From: Podarcis melisellensis
Lineage: Eukaryota
Length of the DNA: 64,000 bases
Assembly: GCA_964234715.1 (NCBI GenBank)
Contig: OZ174277.1
Strand: one strand, 5' to 3'
Shown here: piece after piece, positions 26,050-38,802 of the stretch
Layout: each line of letters opens with the position of its first letter
Position numbering within the stretch: the first letter of the stretch is position 1
The notes under the pieces: generated by a model
Databases searched by the model: none
What the model was told of the DNA's origin: nothing
Seen by the model: the letters and a program-made list of their open reading frames with translations, nothing else
Position numbers and translations under genes: made by a program

Positions 26050-26356
26050 TATTATTATTATTATTTCATTATTTATACCCCACCCATCTGCCTGGGTTTC
26101 CCCAGCCATTCTGGGTGGCTTAGAGCACATATAAAAACACCAAACATGAAAAACTTCCTGATACAGGGCTGCCTTCAGATGTCTTCTAAAAGTTGTCTCC
26201 TTGACATCTGATGAGAGGGCGTTCCACTGCCGAGAAGGTCTTCTGGCTTGTTCCCTGTAACTTCACTTATGAGGGAACCACCAGAAGACCCTCGGAGGGG
26301 AGGACCTCAGTGCCCAGGCTGAGCGATAAGGATGGAGACACTTCTTCAGGTATACA
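26050..26356 (-). mobile_element. L2-clade LINE 3' fragment
   Basis: (ATT)n tail followed by taccccacccatctgcctgggtttccccagcc... Confidence 0.75.
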
Positions 26357-26634
26357 CTTCCACTGCATTGTGTTTTACCAATGATAAGTTATTGGGGGGA
26401 GTATCACATTTTAACAAAGCTTTATGTGTGTGGGGGAGAATGCCAGTTAAACAGATAGACATTTGGTAGGGCAAGATCTGGACAGTAACCTTGCTGAAGC
26501 AAAGCAAGCTTGCATTTGGTTGGAAACCTCATGTACACTGCTGCGAGAAAAAAGGGGGAGTGCATACATTAAATAAATGCATATTATTATTAATACAATC
26601 TTATAACCATATTATTTAATGACTTTTCTTTAAG

Positions 26635-26816
26635 GAATCTCCTTCTGGACGCCGGAAAGCTCTTGCCACCAGCAATATTAACATGAAGCAATATGCAAGT
26701 CCAATGCCTACACAGACGGATGTCAAGTTAAAATTCAAGCCTCTGTCTAAGAAAGTGATATCTGCCACCCTTCAGTTCTCTTTATCATGTATTTTCCTGA
26801 GGGAAGGGAAAGCAAC
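26635..26816 (+). CDS. EHBP1: EHBP1 coding exon (182 nt), C-terminal half of the NT-C2 domain: ESPSGRRKALATSNINMKQYASPMPTQTDVKLKFKPLSKKVISATLQFSLSCIFLREGKA(T)
   Basis: ttttctttaag| acceptor and AC|gtaagt donor; phase 0 start, phase 2 end; translation nearly identical to vertebrate EHBP1 as I recall it. Confidence 0.97.
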
Positions 26817-27117
26817 GTAAGTTTTATGTGAGGTGATAGATGGTGTTTTTTGTTTTTTTAACCCCACTTGCCCAAAAAACTCATTTTGAGCATGCTTATT
26901 GTATGTAGTGAAAAATGCTGTGTGATTTGATTTATAATTTCTTACCCATGCTATAGTCTCCCGTGGCACAGTTGGTTAAGAGAATGATTTGGAAGTCCTG
27001 GTGCAATCCCCATGAATTTGTGCAGGGCTTTAAGTAAGCAACTATTCTCTCTGCCCCCAGTTCATAATATGAGATAACAATATGGGGCAACTGTACAGAG
27101 TTTCTTGTTCTTGTTAG

Positions 27118-27257
27118 GGATGAAGACATGCAAAGCCTGGCAAGTCTGATGAGTATGAAGCAAGCAGATATTGGAAATTTAGATGATTTTGAAGAAGATA
27201 ATGAAGATGATGAAGAAAACAGAGTGAACCAGGAAGAAAAGGCTGCAAAAATTACAG
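27118..27257 (+). CDS. EHBP1: EHBP1 coding exon (140 nt): DEDMQSLASLMSMKQADIGNLDDFEEDNEDDEENRVNQEEKAAKIT
   Basis: ttcttgttag| acceptor and ACAG|gtttgt donor; frame continuous with the previous exon (AC+G = Thr). Confidence 0.97.
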
Positions 27258-28697
27258 GTTTGTTTTCCTCCAAGGATTAATAATTAAAACCATGTCTTAA
27301 CAGATAGGCAATTCTTAACCTTCTATAAAATAATGTAAAGTATTGGGATTGTTTACTGTTCGAAATTTCTTCTAAACCGCTCTAATGGTACCATTTGACA
27401 GGTGGTACGGACAGTTGGCATTTGTGCATCTTTGGAGAGCAGGAGGAGAGCCTGTGAGTCTGGCCCTCTCTGGTTTAATGGACTAGAGGCAAAACTACTT
27501 CAAGGCACAGGGAGGGGAGATTCCTGCATCTGTACTTTAATGTCTACTAGAGTCCTGCTGGAAGAGTGAAGGACTTACCTGTAAAGGGAAGGGTGGGACT
27601 GACTGCATACTGACAGGCCACCAGCCTTTGCAACCCTCCTGACCTTGCTTCTGGGGGTGGCCACATGCAGGAAGAAATAACCTGCTTGAGTGATAATTCT
27701 CCTGTGTTGCAGTAAAACTTTAACATTTGGGTTGCCATCATCTGGAATTATTGTACATTCTGAAGACTAGGCAAATCAGCCTGAATCCACCTGTTGAAGA
27801 TAGTCGCTTTCTCCACTGGTAGTCGCTTTCTCACCCTATCTAGCTAAGCACACTTGCCAGCACTTTAGTAGGGTTTTAGTGCTTTTATAAAAAATGTTGG
27901 TTTTCTCAGGCCTCTGTGATCTTATTCTCCACAGGAGGCACAGACCATTGGCAGCATTTATATGAAATTTTCCAGTCCTGGAGTGTTAGTTAATATAGAC
28001 TTGAATGGGAGATAGGTAGGAACTAAGACTTATATTTTATTAAGCAGATACACTCCATGACATACCTATTTATTGGAATTCCCTGTGCACTCCTTGGTTC
28101 TCCACACCAGTCTGCATCATTCATTCATGGTGCCAGGTGTGTATCCCTCCTGATGCAAATAGAAGCCATGTGTGAGGCACCCTGGACAGCATGTGTAAAA
28201 CATTTCTTTGAAGATTTTGTCTCATTCCCTTAGTTCTCATATCATAATATAGATAAACTTGTAAGCAAGCATAAGCATGTGCAATTGGAATAATCTCATA
28301 GGATTAAATCTGATACCGCACATGCATCATTAAAATGGACTTCCACTTGTGTTGTTGAACCACATCTTCCTTTTCTCTCCTTTGCACCCCTCAATTTGCC
28401 CTCAAAATCTGCTCTGGAGGATTTGGGGGCCCTCTGGAACAGAAGGGGTGTTGGTTGCTGCAGAAGGTGGGAGAGGGCAATGGTCCTGTTACACAAGCAG
28501 AAGTCCACTCCCACAATGTGGGGTCCCACCAATTTTCTTTTTCGCTTTTCCTCCTGTCTCAAAATCCTTTCCTTTGCTCTGTTTGTTTCTTCTATCAAGT
28601 TTTGGATTGGAAGCTCCTTGATTTGTCCTCTTATATCATGGAAATGTCATGCACACTGATGGTGGCAATAATAATATAATAATTAATATAGCAGCTC

Positions 28698-29535
28698 TGA
28701 TAAACCCAGGAACCTCACCTAAATGCTGGAGAGGTTGCACCACTATAGGTACATACCTCCACATGTGGTGGGAATGCCCCAAAATTTTACACTTTTGGAC
28801 ATCAGTCCTACAAGAAATATGTAAAATAACAAAACAGGTGTTGGAAGCAACTCCAGAACTGGCCCCATTGAATGTTTTCCAAGACAACAACACACACTCA
28901 CAATACAAGAACTCATAAGCCACCTACTCTCAGGAGCTAGGAGCATCATAAGTAGATACTGGAGGGACCTGTCAGGAGTAAACATGGACCACTGGTACCA
29001 AACCGTATGGGAAACAGCCATACTAGAAAATCTAGCCAACAAATTGAAATTAGCACGTGGACAAACAAAAGAGGTTGCCTTCAACCATGCATGACTCCCC
29101 TTTGTTACATGCACAGCCCAACAAGACAACAACATAAACCCTCCAACAGTATACAAATTGATATGGCTAATTTGACCCCTCACACACACAAACAGAGCTT
29201 ACTGCAATCAACTGAAGTTCCCCAATCTCCCTCACCACCAACAAAAACTAACAAATGAATCAAATAAATAACCTATCCATTTGACAGTGAAACCAACCCC
29301 CCTCCCATACACACTGTGCAAAAGAAAAAGATAATTTCTTCCCCTTCATTCTCCCACTTCTCTCTCTCCATCTTTTTCCTCGCCACAACCTCACAATGTC
29401 TGCAACAGCAATGTCTCACACCAAATGTAACTGACCTATAGATAGGACACTATGAACTGCAAATAGAGGCTTTATATGTACCTTTGTTATCCATGAAAAT
29501 ATTTCAATAAAAACAATTTAAATAATTAAATAAAT
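28698..29535 (+). mobile_element. L1-clade LINE, 5'-truncated (ORF2 C-terminal CCHC region plus 3' UTR)
   Basis: CWRGCTTIGTYLHMWWECPKILHFW motif; aataaa near 29507 and an A-rich tail; agcagctc on both sides. Confidence 0.9.
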
Positions 29536-29976
29536 TGATAGCAGCAGCTCAGTTACTCCAGTTTCTAGGAATATGTGCCCACCAGTTGAACAAGTTGGCC
29601 AGACAGATTAATCAACAGAAAAAGTGGGTACTATGAAGTTTTATCCATCTGGAATTTCATAACCTTTTTATCCAACCTTACTTCCAAAATGGCAATTGTA
29701 TGGCTAATATAATGCATCATATTCCATAAGCATATTTCTTTATCTTTGTTATACATGCATTGTATGATTTGATACTGTGTTATTTGAAAGTGTTTCTTCT
29801 GAACAGAAGTCAGCCTTACCATCACAAAATACGCTACTAATAGAGGTGGTTTTGATGTTTCTATTTGCTTAGCATTGGATTCTGCAATTCCTATTGTTCG
29901 TCATCTTAGCTTCCTGAATTCCTGTTCTAGATATAGCTGTTTCTTACAGTTTTCATACATTATTTCCTAAGTTATC

Positions 29977-29977
<1 letters not shown>

Positions 29978-30022
<45 letters not shown>

Positions 30023-30110
30023 CCACCTATCTGGCTGGTGTTTTCCGAGCCACTCTAGGCAGCTTACAGCATATCTAAAAACATAAAAACCTCCCGATAC
30101 AGGGCTGCCA
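29978..30110 (-). mobile_element. L2-clade 3' end with an expanded (ATT)n tail
   Basis: (ATT)~14 followed by ccccacctatctggctgg...gccactctaggcagctt. Confidence 0.75.
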
Positions 30111-30790
30111 TATAGAACCCATCAACCATAAAATACCAAAGTTTACAGCCAAATGAAACAAATTACAGAAATTAAAGGAAGGTGTGCATAGTTGTTCACT
30201 GTGCATAATTTTATACCTTTAGAATCTTTCTCAGTAATAATATTTATATATTTATATTGTTATTCATTAGGCAAATTGAAACTTTAGTATAGCACAGCTG
30301 CATTTTGCTTTGGGAAATGGAGGTTTCAATTGCTTCCAAAACCTTTTCTGGAGGAAGCCCTGCAAGATTGAAATCACACTGGTCAACCTCACATTCCCTT
30401 AGTCCCCAAGTAAACCCCTGTCTGCAGAGTGGATCAGAGTTCATATACAGATGAAAGCAAGGTTTCATCTTAAAACTGGTACAGCAAACTGCAGGAGTAT
30501 CTAATTCAGTTACTCAGTTTGTAGCTCTAGTCTGATAATTTCCTGTTACTGGAACGAGCAGTTTAATGAAAAGGTAGCATTCCTTTTCATTAAAATTTTG
30601 AGGAAGATCATCATACAAGTGCTGAATACATTAAGTATTAGAATGGTGATTTTCTCTAGAATGTATTCATTGTAAATTAACACACGTCGTTTCTTTTCCT
30701 TTTTCCTTTTCTAATAACAGCATGTTTTGTACTCCTTTGTCCCTTAAATAACATTACCTTACAATTATCTTGACTGGCTTCTGTTTACAG

Positions 30791-30895
30791 AAATTGTAAA
30801 CCAGTTGAATGCTCTGAGCAGCTTAGATGAAGATCAAGATGACTGCGTAAAGCAAGCAAATATGCTTTCAGCTAAATCAGCCAGTTCCTCTGAAG
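30791..30895 (+). CDS. EHBP1: EHBP1 symmetric 105-nt exon (likely cassette): EIVNQLNALSSLDEDQDDCVKQANMLSAKSASSSE
   Basis: ctgtttacag| acceptor and GAAG|gtctat weak donor; phase 1-1, length divisible by 3; matches the EHBP1 linker. Confidence 0.93.
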
Positions 30896-31458
30896 GTCTA
30901 TGAGCTTTCCTCCTTCCTTTCTGTTTCTGAATGTCTGTCTGTATTTTACTCTGACCTGTTATCCCCTTGGCTTCTGTTTGTAGTTGAATGTCAGTTGTAT
31001 CTTTGTGCTTGACATCCATCGCAGTATTTTAAATAATTTGTAGTGCAGCCAACAGATGACAGCATGACATGGGCACTGAAACTGGCTAAAATGTGCACCA
31101 GAAACATACTTGTGCTCTGTATGTTTTGAAGCCTCACAGTGACATGTAAGCTGTATATAATGGGAAAATTCCAACCTTTTTAGAACTGCTTCCCCCTGCC
31201 CCCAGACAATTTCTTGCAGAAAGCTTTTGCCAGTGTTGAGTGGGTGAAGGCTACAGCGGACTATTTAATAAATATGTGCCTGATTCTATTACTGCCACTG
31301 AGTTAGAAGCATTGGTGTGCTACAGTTTAGCTTTGCAGTAGGGATCACTGTTCCTAGAGATTTTTGGTAGAAATACCTTGGAGAATAAAATGTTTGTTTC
31401 AAACCATGCACAGTCCTAATTTTTGCCATACTGAAAAGTACTGTACTTGGCTTCTCAG

Positions 31459-31581
31459 AGCTTATAAACAAGCTTAATTTTTTGGATGAAGAGGATCAAG
31501 ACGTGGCCAATTCGAGATCAAATCCATTTGTAGACCCTGATACAACAGAGCTGAATCCCTTTGGAGACCTTGATATGGAAG
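31459..31581 (+). CDS. EHBP1: EHBP1 coding exon (123 nt) with NPF motifs 1-2: ELINKLNFLDEEDQDVANSRSNPFVDPDTTELNPFGDLDME
   Basis: cttctcag| acceptor and GAAG|gtatag donor; overlaps ORF 31482..31676. Confidence 0.95.
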
Positions 31582-32027
31582 GTATAGAATTTTTGTATAT
31601 TTTTATTGCTTATGATCTTAGGGTGGCGTTGGATGTTACAGCAAGCTCAGGGTCTCCTGCTTCTCATTTGCTGTAAGTGTCTGGGACTGTATGTGTATTG
31701 ATAATCATTGCTTGTATATTGATAATCTGCTTCTGGGACCTTCAGTTTTATCAAGCCCAACTTGCTAAACCATGGCTAAGCAAATGAAGAGCAAGCATTC
31801 CTTCTATGGCATTCTCCTGTTACATGCAGCATTTGTCCCTGCTGATGGACAAACTGAAGTTCAACCAGAGTTCACCTACAAGAGGGAAGTAGTTTCAGCC
31901 AGTTCTTTTTCCTGGGGGTACTCAAGGGTGTGCAGTACTGCCACCTTTTTTTCCTAGAAGAAAAGCACTTGGTTAAAAGTGTAGCACTTGTAACAACTTC
32001 ATGGTGAGTACCTTTTTTTGCTGAGTA

Positions 32028-32239
32028 CAGTGGTTCTCGAACGTAATCCGTTCTGGAAGACTATTTTGAGTTCTGTGGGGTGCTTGCAATTTCACTTGAG
32101 AAAATTGAAAAACACGCAGTTTTCAAACGCGCCTCGACTTTCGAGGCGCGTTTGAAAACAAGCATTTACTTCCGGGTTTTGGGCGTTCGGGTTCTGAAAT
32201 GTTCGTCAACGGAAACATTCAAGAACCAAGGTACCACTG
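32028..32239. mobile_element. Tc1/mariner MITE nested in a hAT-like MITE (~31900-32280)
   Basis: TA-cagtggttctcg...caaggtaccactg. Confidence 0.75.
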
Positions 32240-32741
32240 CACCTTCGTGGTGAGACACCTTTTTTCTAGAAGAGAAGCTAAGTAGTTCTGTTTGTTGCAC
32301 TGCAGCAAGCCTGTGAAGGGAGGAGGTAGGGAGACAGTGTAACAGGGCTTGTCTTATGATTTAACAAATCAGGGTTTTAAATTCTGAACTTGGCCATTGT
32401 GTGGATATTGCTCTTAATTCTCACATTAAAAACGTGAGTATTATTATTATTAATTTATGAATTGCATTCTACACAATTATCTCAATACATTGTACAATAA
32501 AGACAGCAAAAAGGAGTAAAAAACACAAAATGATATATTTAAAACAAGACAAAATAGACTTTCATATATAAAAATATAAAATATATTAATATAAAAATCC
32601 CAAAATATGAAAATCTTAGCATGACTAGGTTAGGTCCATTAATTTCAGTGGATCTATTCTGAGTAAAAATTAATTGAATACCGTCAGTGAAAACTGAATG
32701 AGCCATTTTGCTGGATAACAGATTTGTTAGTTTAGAATATT

Positions 32742-33518
32742 TACCGTATTTTTTGTCCCATAGGACACACCGGTCCATAGGATGCACCTAGTTTTTTTTG
32801 GGGGGGGGGGAATAAAGGAAAATATTTTTTCCTTTATTTTCCCCCCAAAACCTGGTCGGGGAATCCAAACAAGGTTGGGGAACAGCGGGATGGCGGCGCT
32901 GCACCTCCCCGCTGTCCCCCGAGCTTGTGGGGTTGCCCGATGTCTGCCCGTGCGGCAGGCTGCTATCCGCAGCCTGGGGAGCCCTGTGGGAACTCCCGCA
33001 GGGCTGCCTAGGCTGCGGATGTCTTCCTGAAGCGCTGGGCGCTCTGCTTTCAGCGCGCCTCGCGCTCCAGGAAGCAGGCTGCTATCCACAGCCAAGGGAG
33101 CCCTGCGGGACCTCCCGCGGGGCTCCCTTGGCTGCGGATATCTTCCCGGCAGCCAGGCGCTCTGCTTCAGCACGCACCGGGCAACAGGCTGCTATCCGCA
33201 GCCTAGGGAGCCCTGCGGGAACTCCCGCAGGCTCCCCAGGCTTGCTGATAGCTTGCTGAAGCCAGGAGAGCGAAGGGGGCTGAGGGAGGCAGACGGGGCA
33301 AGTGGAGGAGCCGGTGGAGACAGCGGTGGAGGGTGGAGCCGCGCTTGGCCGAGAACGAGGGGAGAGGGGGACAAGAGGCAGCAGGAAATCCAGATCCTGA
33401 TAGTATCAGACAAAAAACCCCTGGACATTTTGCAAAATGTAAAAAATCCATCTGGACAGAAAATTTAACCCTGAGAAAGAGGACGTGTCCAGGAAAAGCC
33501 GTACATATGGCAACCCTA
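32742..33518. mobile_element. Composite DNA-transposon remnant: pogo-type left end, hAT-type right end, GC-rich palindromic repeats inside
   Basis: taccgtattttttg... left end; ...atatggcaacccta right end; three ~115-bp units. Confidence 0.7.
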
Positions 33519-35696
33519 GGCTGCAGAAAACACAGATTCAGTATAGCAAGGGAGAAAATCTGTTGTCAATACGCTTCTGAATACCGGTTGCTAGAAACTG
33601 GAGGAGAAGCGAGGGATCTTGTGCTCATGGGATCTGCTTGCTGGTTTCCTGCAGGCTTCTGGCTGGCCCTCTGAGAAGAGGGTGCTGGACTAGCCGGGCC
33701 CTTGGCCTGATCCAGCAGCCTCTTATTAGCCTCTTATTTGTTGATTTGATTTGAATACTGCCCTTCATCCATAGATATCAGGGCACTTCACAACATAAAG
33801 ATGCAAGATAAAAAACACAAAATAAATGTTTTATGTCTTTGTGTATAATTAAATACTGTAACTCTTTGGTTAAAAAAAAAGAACCTGTTTCTCTCAAACT
33901 AAAACTTTGTTTTTCTGCAAAACCTAAGGCAGGCCCACACAGCAATTCTGGGCATATTTACTCAGAAATATATCCCACTTTATTCAGTGGAGCTCACTCC
34001 CAAGGATTGCAGCCTTTAACAGTTTAAACAGCAATAGTATTTCCCTTTTAGCTTTGTTCTGGATTAGTAATACATCCCAGATTTCTGCTGTAGCTACATT
34101 TGACAGAAGGATTTAGATTAAGTAGTTAATGTTTGTAAAGACCTTTGAAGATTTAAAGGACAATATAAATGTTAAGTGTTATTACAAGCGACTTATTGTT
34201 TTACTAGCAGCTTTCTTTATGGACGTGCTTTTCTTGCATCTTACATTTTTTTAAAAATTGCTGCATCATTCTTATGTGCTTACCTCACCTCTTAGATTCC
34301 AGTGTTTAGCATTTAATCTGGAGTGGTTTTTTATTTTAAAAAAGAAACCATCTGAAATTTTAAATGGGGCAAATATAAACAACTGCATAAATAGTGAATT
34401 CATCATTTTCTTCATCATTCATTTAATAGGGGCCACTCCAGAACTATTGAGGTCCATCTCTGTCATACTTCTGTGATAAATATTAAAGTAGGATAAAAAA
34501 GAACTTCCTCTGGGGAATTGCATTATAAGCAAAGCCTGCACCCCTTGAATGTGCCTCCACCATTGGCTCTACTTTGAATTTCTGGCCTCTGCCGCCTCCA
34601 TTGTAAACTAACAGGGGGTGCCAGGCGCTGGCCAGAATTTTTTAGAAATTGAAAAATTTTGTGTTTTTAAAATGGACAGTATAATTTGTGAGTTTCGATC
34701 TGTCATGCCAAAAATTGGGTAAAGTCAAGTTTTGTCCATCATCCTGATTCAAAATGGTGTCTAGCAGCTAAACATCAGCAAAGACCCCTGCCTTCACCTT
34801 GGGTACCCTGAGTTTGGGTGAGTTTAAGCAACAGTATCTCAATAGGTGGCTCTTGACAGATAGCAGTATTGAAATAACAAGCAGACAGTTATTTTCACAA
34901 AATATATACTAGCTAGAATTCTACCTTCAGAAGCAACTTAGTTAAGACAGAATGAACAATATAAGGGTTGAGTTTGTTTGATCCTAGGCAAGTTCTTGGA
35001 GTAGATCATTTATAGGTTCTTCCATATACAGCTGGTGGGCTGCTGTTGGCTTGGTGGGTCTCAGGTTCTGCAGCCCTGACTTCTGCCATCAGACATTTCT
35101 CAAGAAAACTAAAGTATTTTTTTTTGCATTGTTGTGGTGCACCTGTTTGCATATTATTGATTCTCCAGAGTGGCTAGTTCTGGGTCACTGTGCTGGCCTT
35201 GGACAATTTTGCACTTGGAATAAAACTCTAAGTGAAAACCCAATTCTATTTTAAAAATCTCCACAAAAATGGAATCTTAAAACAGGAAAATGGTGCTCCA
35301 GCTGGAATCTGCCCAGTGGAGTGAGTGCTTCATCTTATGGGCCCTTGGTGACATCTATGTTGTCTCTGGAGAGCTTAATTGCTATCCTCTTATGTCATTG
35401 ATTCTGTGGGACTGTCATGCCAATCCTGGTAAGTTTTCTTTAGTAGTTTTTTCTGTACTCCACGAGTTACCAAGATGTTAACTTCTTCATCTAATCTAAC
35501 CATTTCTCATAAGGCTTTATTTATCTAGAGAACCATGTAAAAATATTTACCTTATCCTACTTATAACACCTTTATGAATGCTAAATAATTTGAAACTGTT
35601 TAAATGTATTTATAGGGCTAGAAATGTGTTGGTCTCCATGACAGACTGGGAAATCTTTCCATATGAAACAACAAAAAATTATGTTGCTTTCTATAG

Positions 35697-35955
35697 AAAC
35701 AGATATCAATGTAGCTTCATCTTCAAAACAAGAAGAATTCTACTATGATGATGACGATGAATACAACCCTTTCAAGGATGAGGAGGTTGCAGAGTATGTG
35801 AATCCTTTTGATGAGGCAGACCCTGAAATAGAAATGCTAGCACCCGTCAAAGACTTTCCTCCTCAACCAGCAAAAAGAAAAAATATACGCCCTGTGGACA
35901 TGAGCAAATACCTCTATGCTGACACATCAAAAACAGATGAAGAGGAGTTGGATGA
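35697..35955 (+). CDS. EHBP1: EHBP1 coding exon (259 nt) with NPF motifs 3-4 and the KRKNIRPVDMSKYLYAD motif
   Basis: gctttctatag| acceptor and GA|gtaagt donor; overlaps ORF 35663..35959; phase 1 start, phase 2 end. Confidence 0.95.
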
Positions 35956-36621
35956 GTAAGTACATAACTTATTTTAAGCAGTATTTGGGCATCAGTTGGG
36001 ATTTTAGCACAAAGCCTTAGGGCATAAATTATTCAAACCTGATTATTCTTCTACAATGCATAAGGAAGATCCTTCACTTAGAGAACATGAATATATTTCA
36101 TCTGGTTTCATGCATTTTATTGCTATTTACAGTCAGCTTCCTTTTTCTGCTGGGATCTAAATCACTGGTTTTCATGCAGAATAATAAACTTTTCAGGGAG
36201 GTCCAAATGCTGCAAATGTTCAGGATGAACCAATTCTCAGTTCTGTCTGCAGCATCAGCAGTTGACTGATAGCCACCTTTGGGCTATTCAGATAGGGGAG
36301 AAGATTGTTGAAGCTATTCTGTATTGAACGGTAGCCTCCAGGGCAGTGGAAGCAAAGCCAGGAAGGGTAGTGGGTAGATCTGCTTTCCAGCATTGTAATA
36401 TATTGTCAGCTAAACTTTGCAATATGGTATATTACGGTATATTACGATGTCAGAAAGGAGGCGGGGAGGAAAAAGCAGTTGCCGGCCATGAAGATTATTA
36501 GCATCATCATACACAGTTCCTGTCAAGACTGGGCAGACTGGGCGGAGTGTATCAGCTGAGGCACCATGGAGCCGTCAGCCTCCCCGGAACCGTCAGCCGT
36601 GGCTCATCCCAATGATCTCTC

Positions 36622-38802
36622 TTTTAAAAATAATAATAATAATAATATTTATTACTTTTAAAAATTACAGAAAAGGAAAAGAAAAGAAAAGAAGACAAGA
36701 GGGGAAAAACAAAAGAGAAAAAAAACAATACAATACGATATATAGACAATACAAGACACAACCTAAACACATTAAACTAAACACATTAAACTAAACTAAA
36801 CAAAACCCTATCCCTAACCCTAACCCTAAATAAAACAAAACAAAAACAATTTAAAAACATTCATCACACCCTTTCCATACTCTTTCTTTCATTCCTTGTT
36901 TCCTCGACCTCCTCACACCTCCCTTTTTGTATTCCACTTCTATTAATTGTTTCAGCAAATCCTTTCCATCTTTCTCTATTTTTTATCATATTATTAATAT
37001 CTTAACATATTTTTTAACCTTATTTTCCATTAAAACTAAAATACTTATATATGCTTAACTCCTTATAACATTTCTGCTAAGGCCATAAAATTTCATTCCA
37101 CCATTTTTCTATCACTCATTAATTTTACAGTATTTCTATATATAAACTTTAAATTTTCCAATCTTCTTCCACCATCTCCTCTCCCTGGTTTCGGATTCTG
37201 CCAGTCCTTTCCGTCAATTCCATATAGTCCATCAACCTGGAGATCTTATGTCCGAGGCTCTTAACTCTTTTCCAGGTCCCTTCTGCAGGTCTTCTTCATA
37301 TTCTTTAATGCTAAAGAGCAGATCTCGGGAAGACTCCAACCTAACAATACTTTTATGCCTTCTGGACAGGTCAGCCAAATTTCCATAGTTGAAGCTAAGA
37401 TCCATAAAGTGTTTCAAGACATGTTTCAAAATTCCTCCAAATCCAAAGGCCCCCAGAACTTCAATCTCCTCCAGACCCAAGTCCATGTCCCAGAAGTCAG
37501 TTAATCCCTGCATAGAGGGATCTTTCCAACTTTCCTTCTTCAGTCCAAGCCGGGATCCAATCCTCAAAATCTGACTTTTTCTAGATTCAATCATAAAAGG
37601 CCTCAACTTGTAGTCCTCAATTTACTTCTGTAAGACTGAGGATCCCGCTTGTATTACTTTAGGTTCAACAACAACAGCTTTCTCCTTCTCCTCCACAATT
37701 TGTCCTGCCAAAGTAGATTCCTGTACCAAGTCCTGAATTATTTCTGTATTGGTGCTCACTTTTTGTCTCAAATTAATCACTTTTTGTTCCAAGTTGTCAA
37801 TTTTAAAAGACATGTCATCCGTCTTCTTATGAAGCTGTTCCAGCGAATAGCTTATCTTACATAATACCATCACTATGGCTTCTCCTGTCAACATTTTAAA
37901 TAGTCCAAGGTCAATCTCTGGTTCTCACAATTTCTTATCTTGCAGCTGGCGATTCCCCAGTTACACTCCTGTAACAGTTTCAAAAGCTCCCTCTAGAGGG
38001 AAACAGTTTCCACTTGTATCAATCCTTTCAAACACAACTCAAGCCATAAAGATAGTTTCAATTTTCAGTTACTTTTCCTCCTTTTTAAACGCAGAAGAGG
38101 ACAATGGAAACAGTATCTTTCTCTTATTTAGCTAGCTGTCAAATACGTTCTGTTCGCAGTCAATGAACTCTCCCAAAACGTCACTTTTTCTAGCAGCCCG
38201 TTTCCAGATTCAGAGAAGTGGTAATTTGATTTTTCACTCTCTCCTGCAGGCTCGCTAAGTCCAAATTTCCCCCCCTCTTCTCCTGCTTCCAAGGGGTTTT
38301 TTGTAATTTTAACCGATGGAAATTTAATCCTTTGCCAAAAGCTTTCAAAGACTTTAGCTTGTAACGTCTTTGCTTCAATCTATTTACAAAAGAGGAAGGC
38401 GGACTTCCTGTTTAAGACCTTCCCGTTTCGGTGCCAGATTAAGGTATTTAAAGATCCAATTTTCCATTCTACTCATGGGTAGTTGTTTAAAATCCAATTG
38501 TCCACAGGAAAAAGTCAGCGCTCTCTGGCAACCGCAATGCGGCTTCACTCCGTGAAAGAAGCAGTCAATTTGAAGCACTGCGCCACTCACCCCACGTCGC
38601 TCCGGATCCCCAAAACAGGGTTTCCCCGCAAGTAGGGGAGGCACAAAAGGTGCCAGCCGAATCCCAGGTTCACAAGCTTCTCCTGCTTGTGATTTCAGTG
38701 GTTCTCCGCCTTTGCCGTGGCGGTCAGACCCTGCTTTCCACGGAGCAAGTTCCTCCCGATCGGAGGAGCTCCGCCATTGCCGGAGGCGCCAAACCGGAAG
38801 TC
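36622..38802 (-). mobile_element. Complete ~2.2-kb non-autonomous L1-derived retroelement
   Basis: 5' GACTTCCGG; coiled-coil ORF1-like remnant (37622..37894); ORF2 C-terminal LMDYMELTERTGRIRNQGEEMVEEDWK; 16-bp TSD atccc(a/g)atgatctctc at 36606-36621 and 38803-38818. Confidence 0.88.

Noticed and set aside
1-26600. Expected upstream EHBP1 C2 exon (DPHAEEFEDKEWTFVIEN) and, beyond 51063, the first CH-domain exon
   Set aside because: Not found by eye; most likely outside the window given the long introns, so not claimed as gene loss
26932-27273. 113-aa minus-strand ORF overlapping an EHBP1 exon
   Set aside because: Antisense shadow of the acidic exon; no independent support
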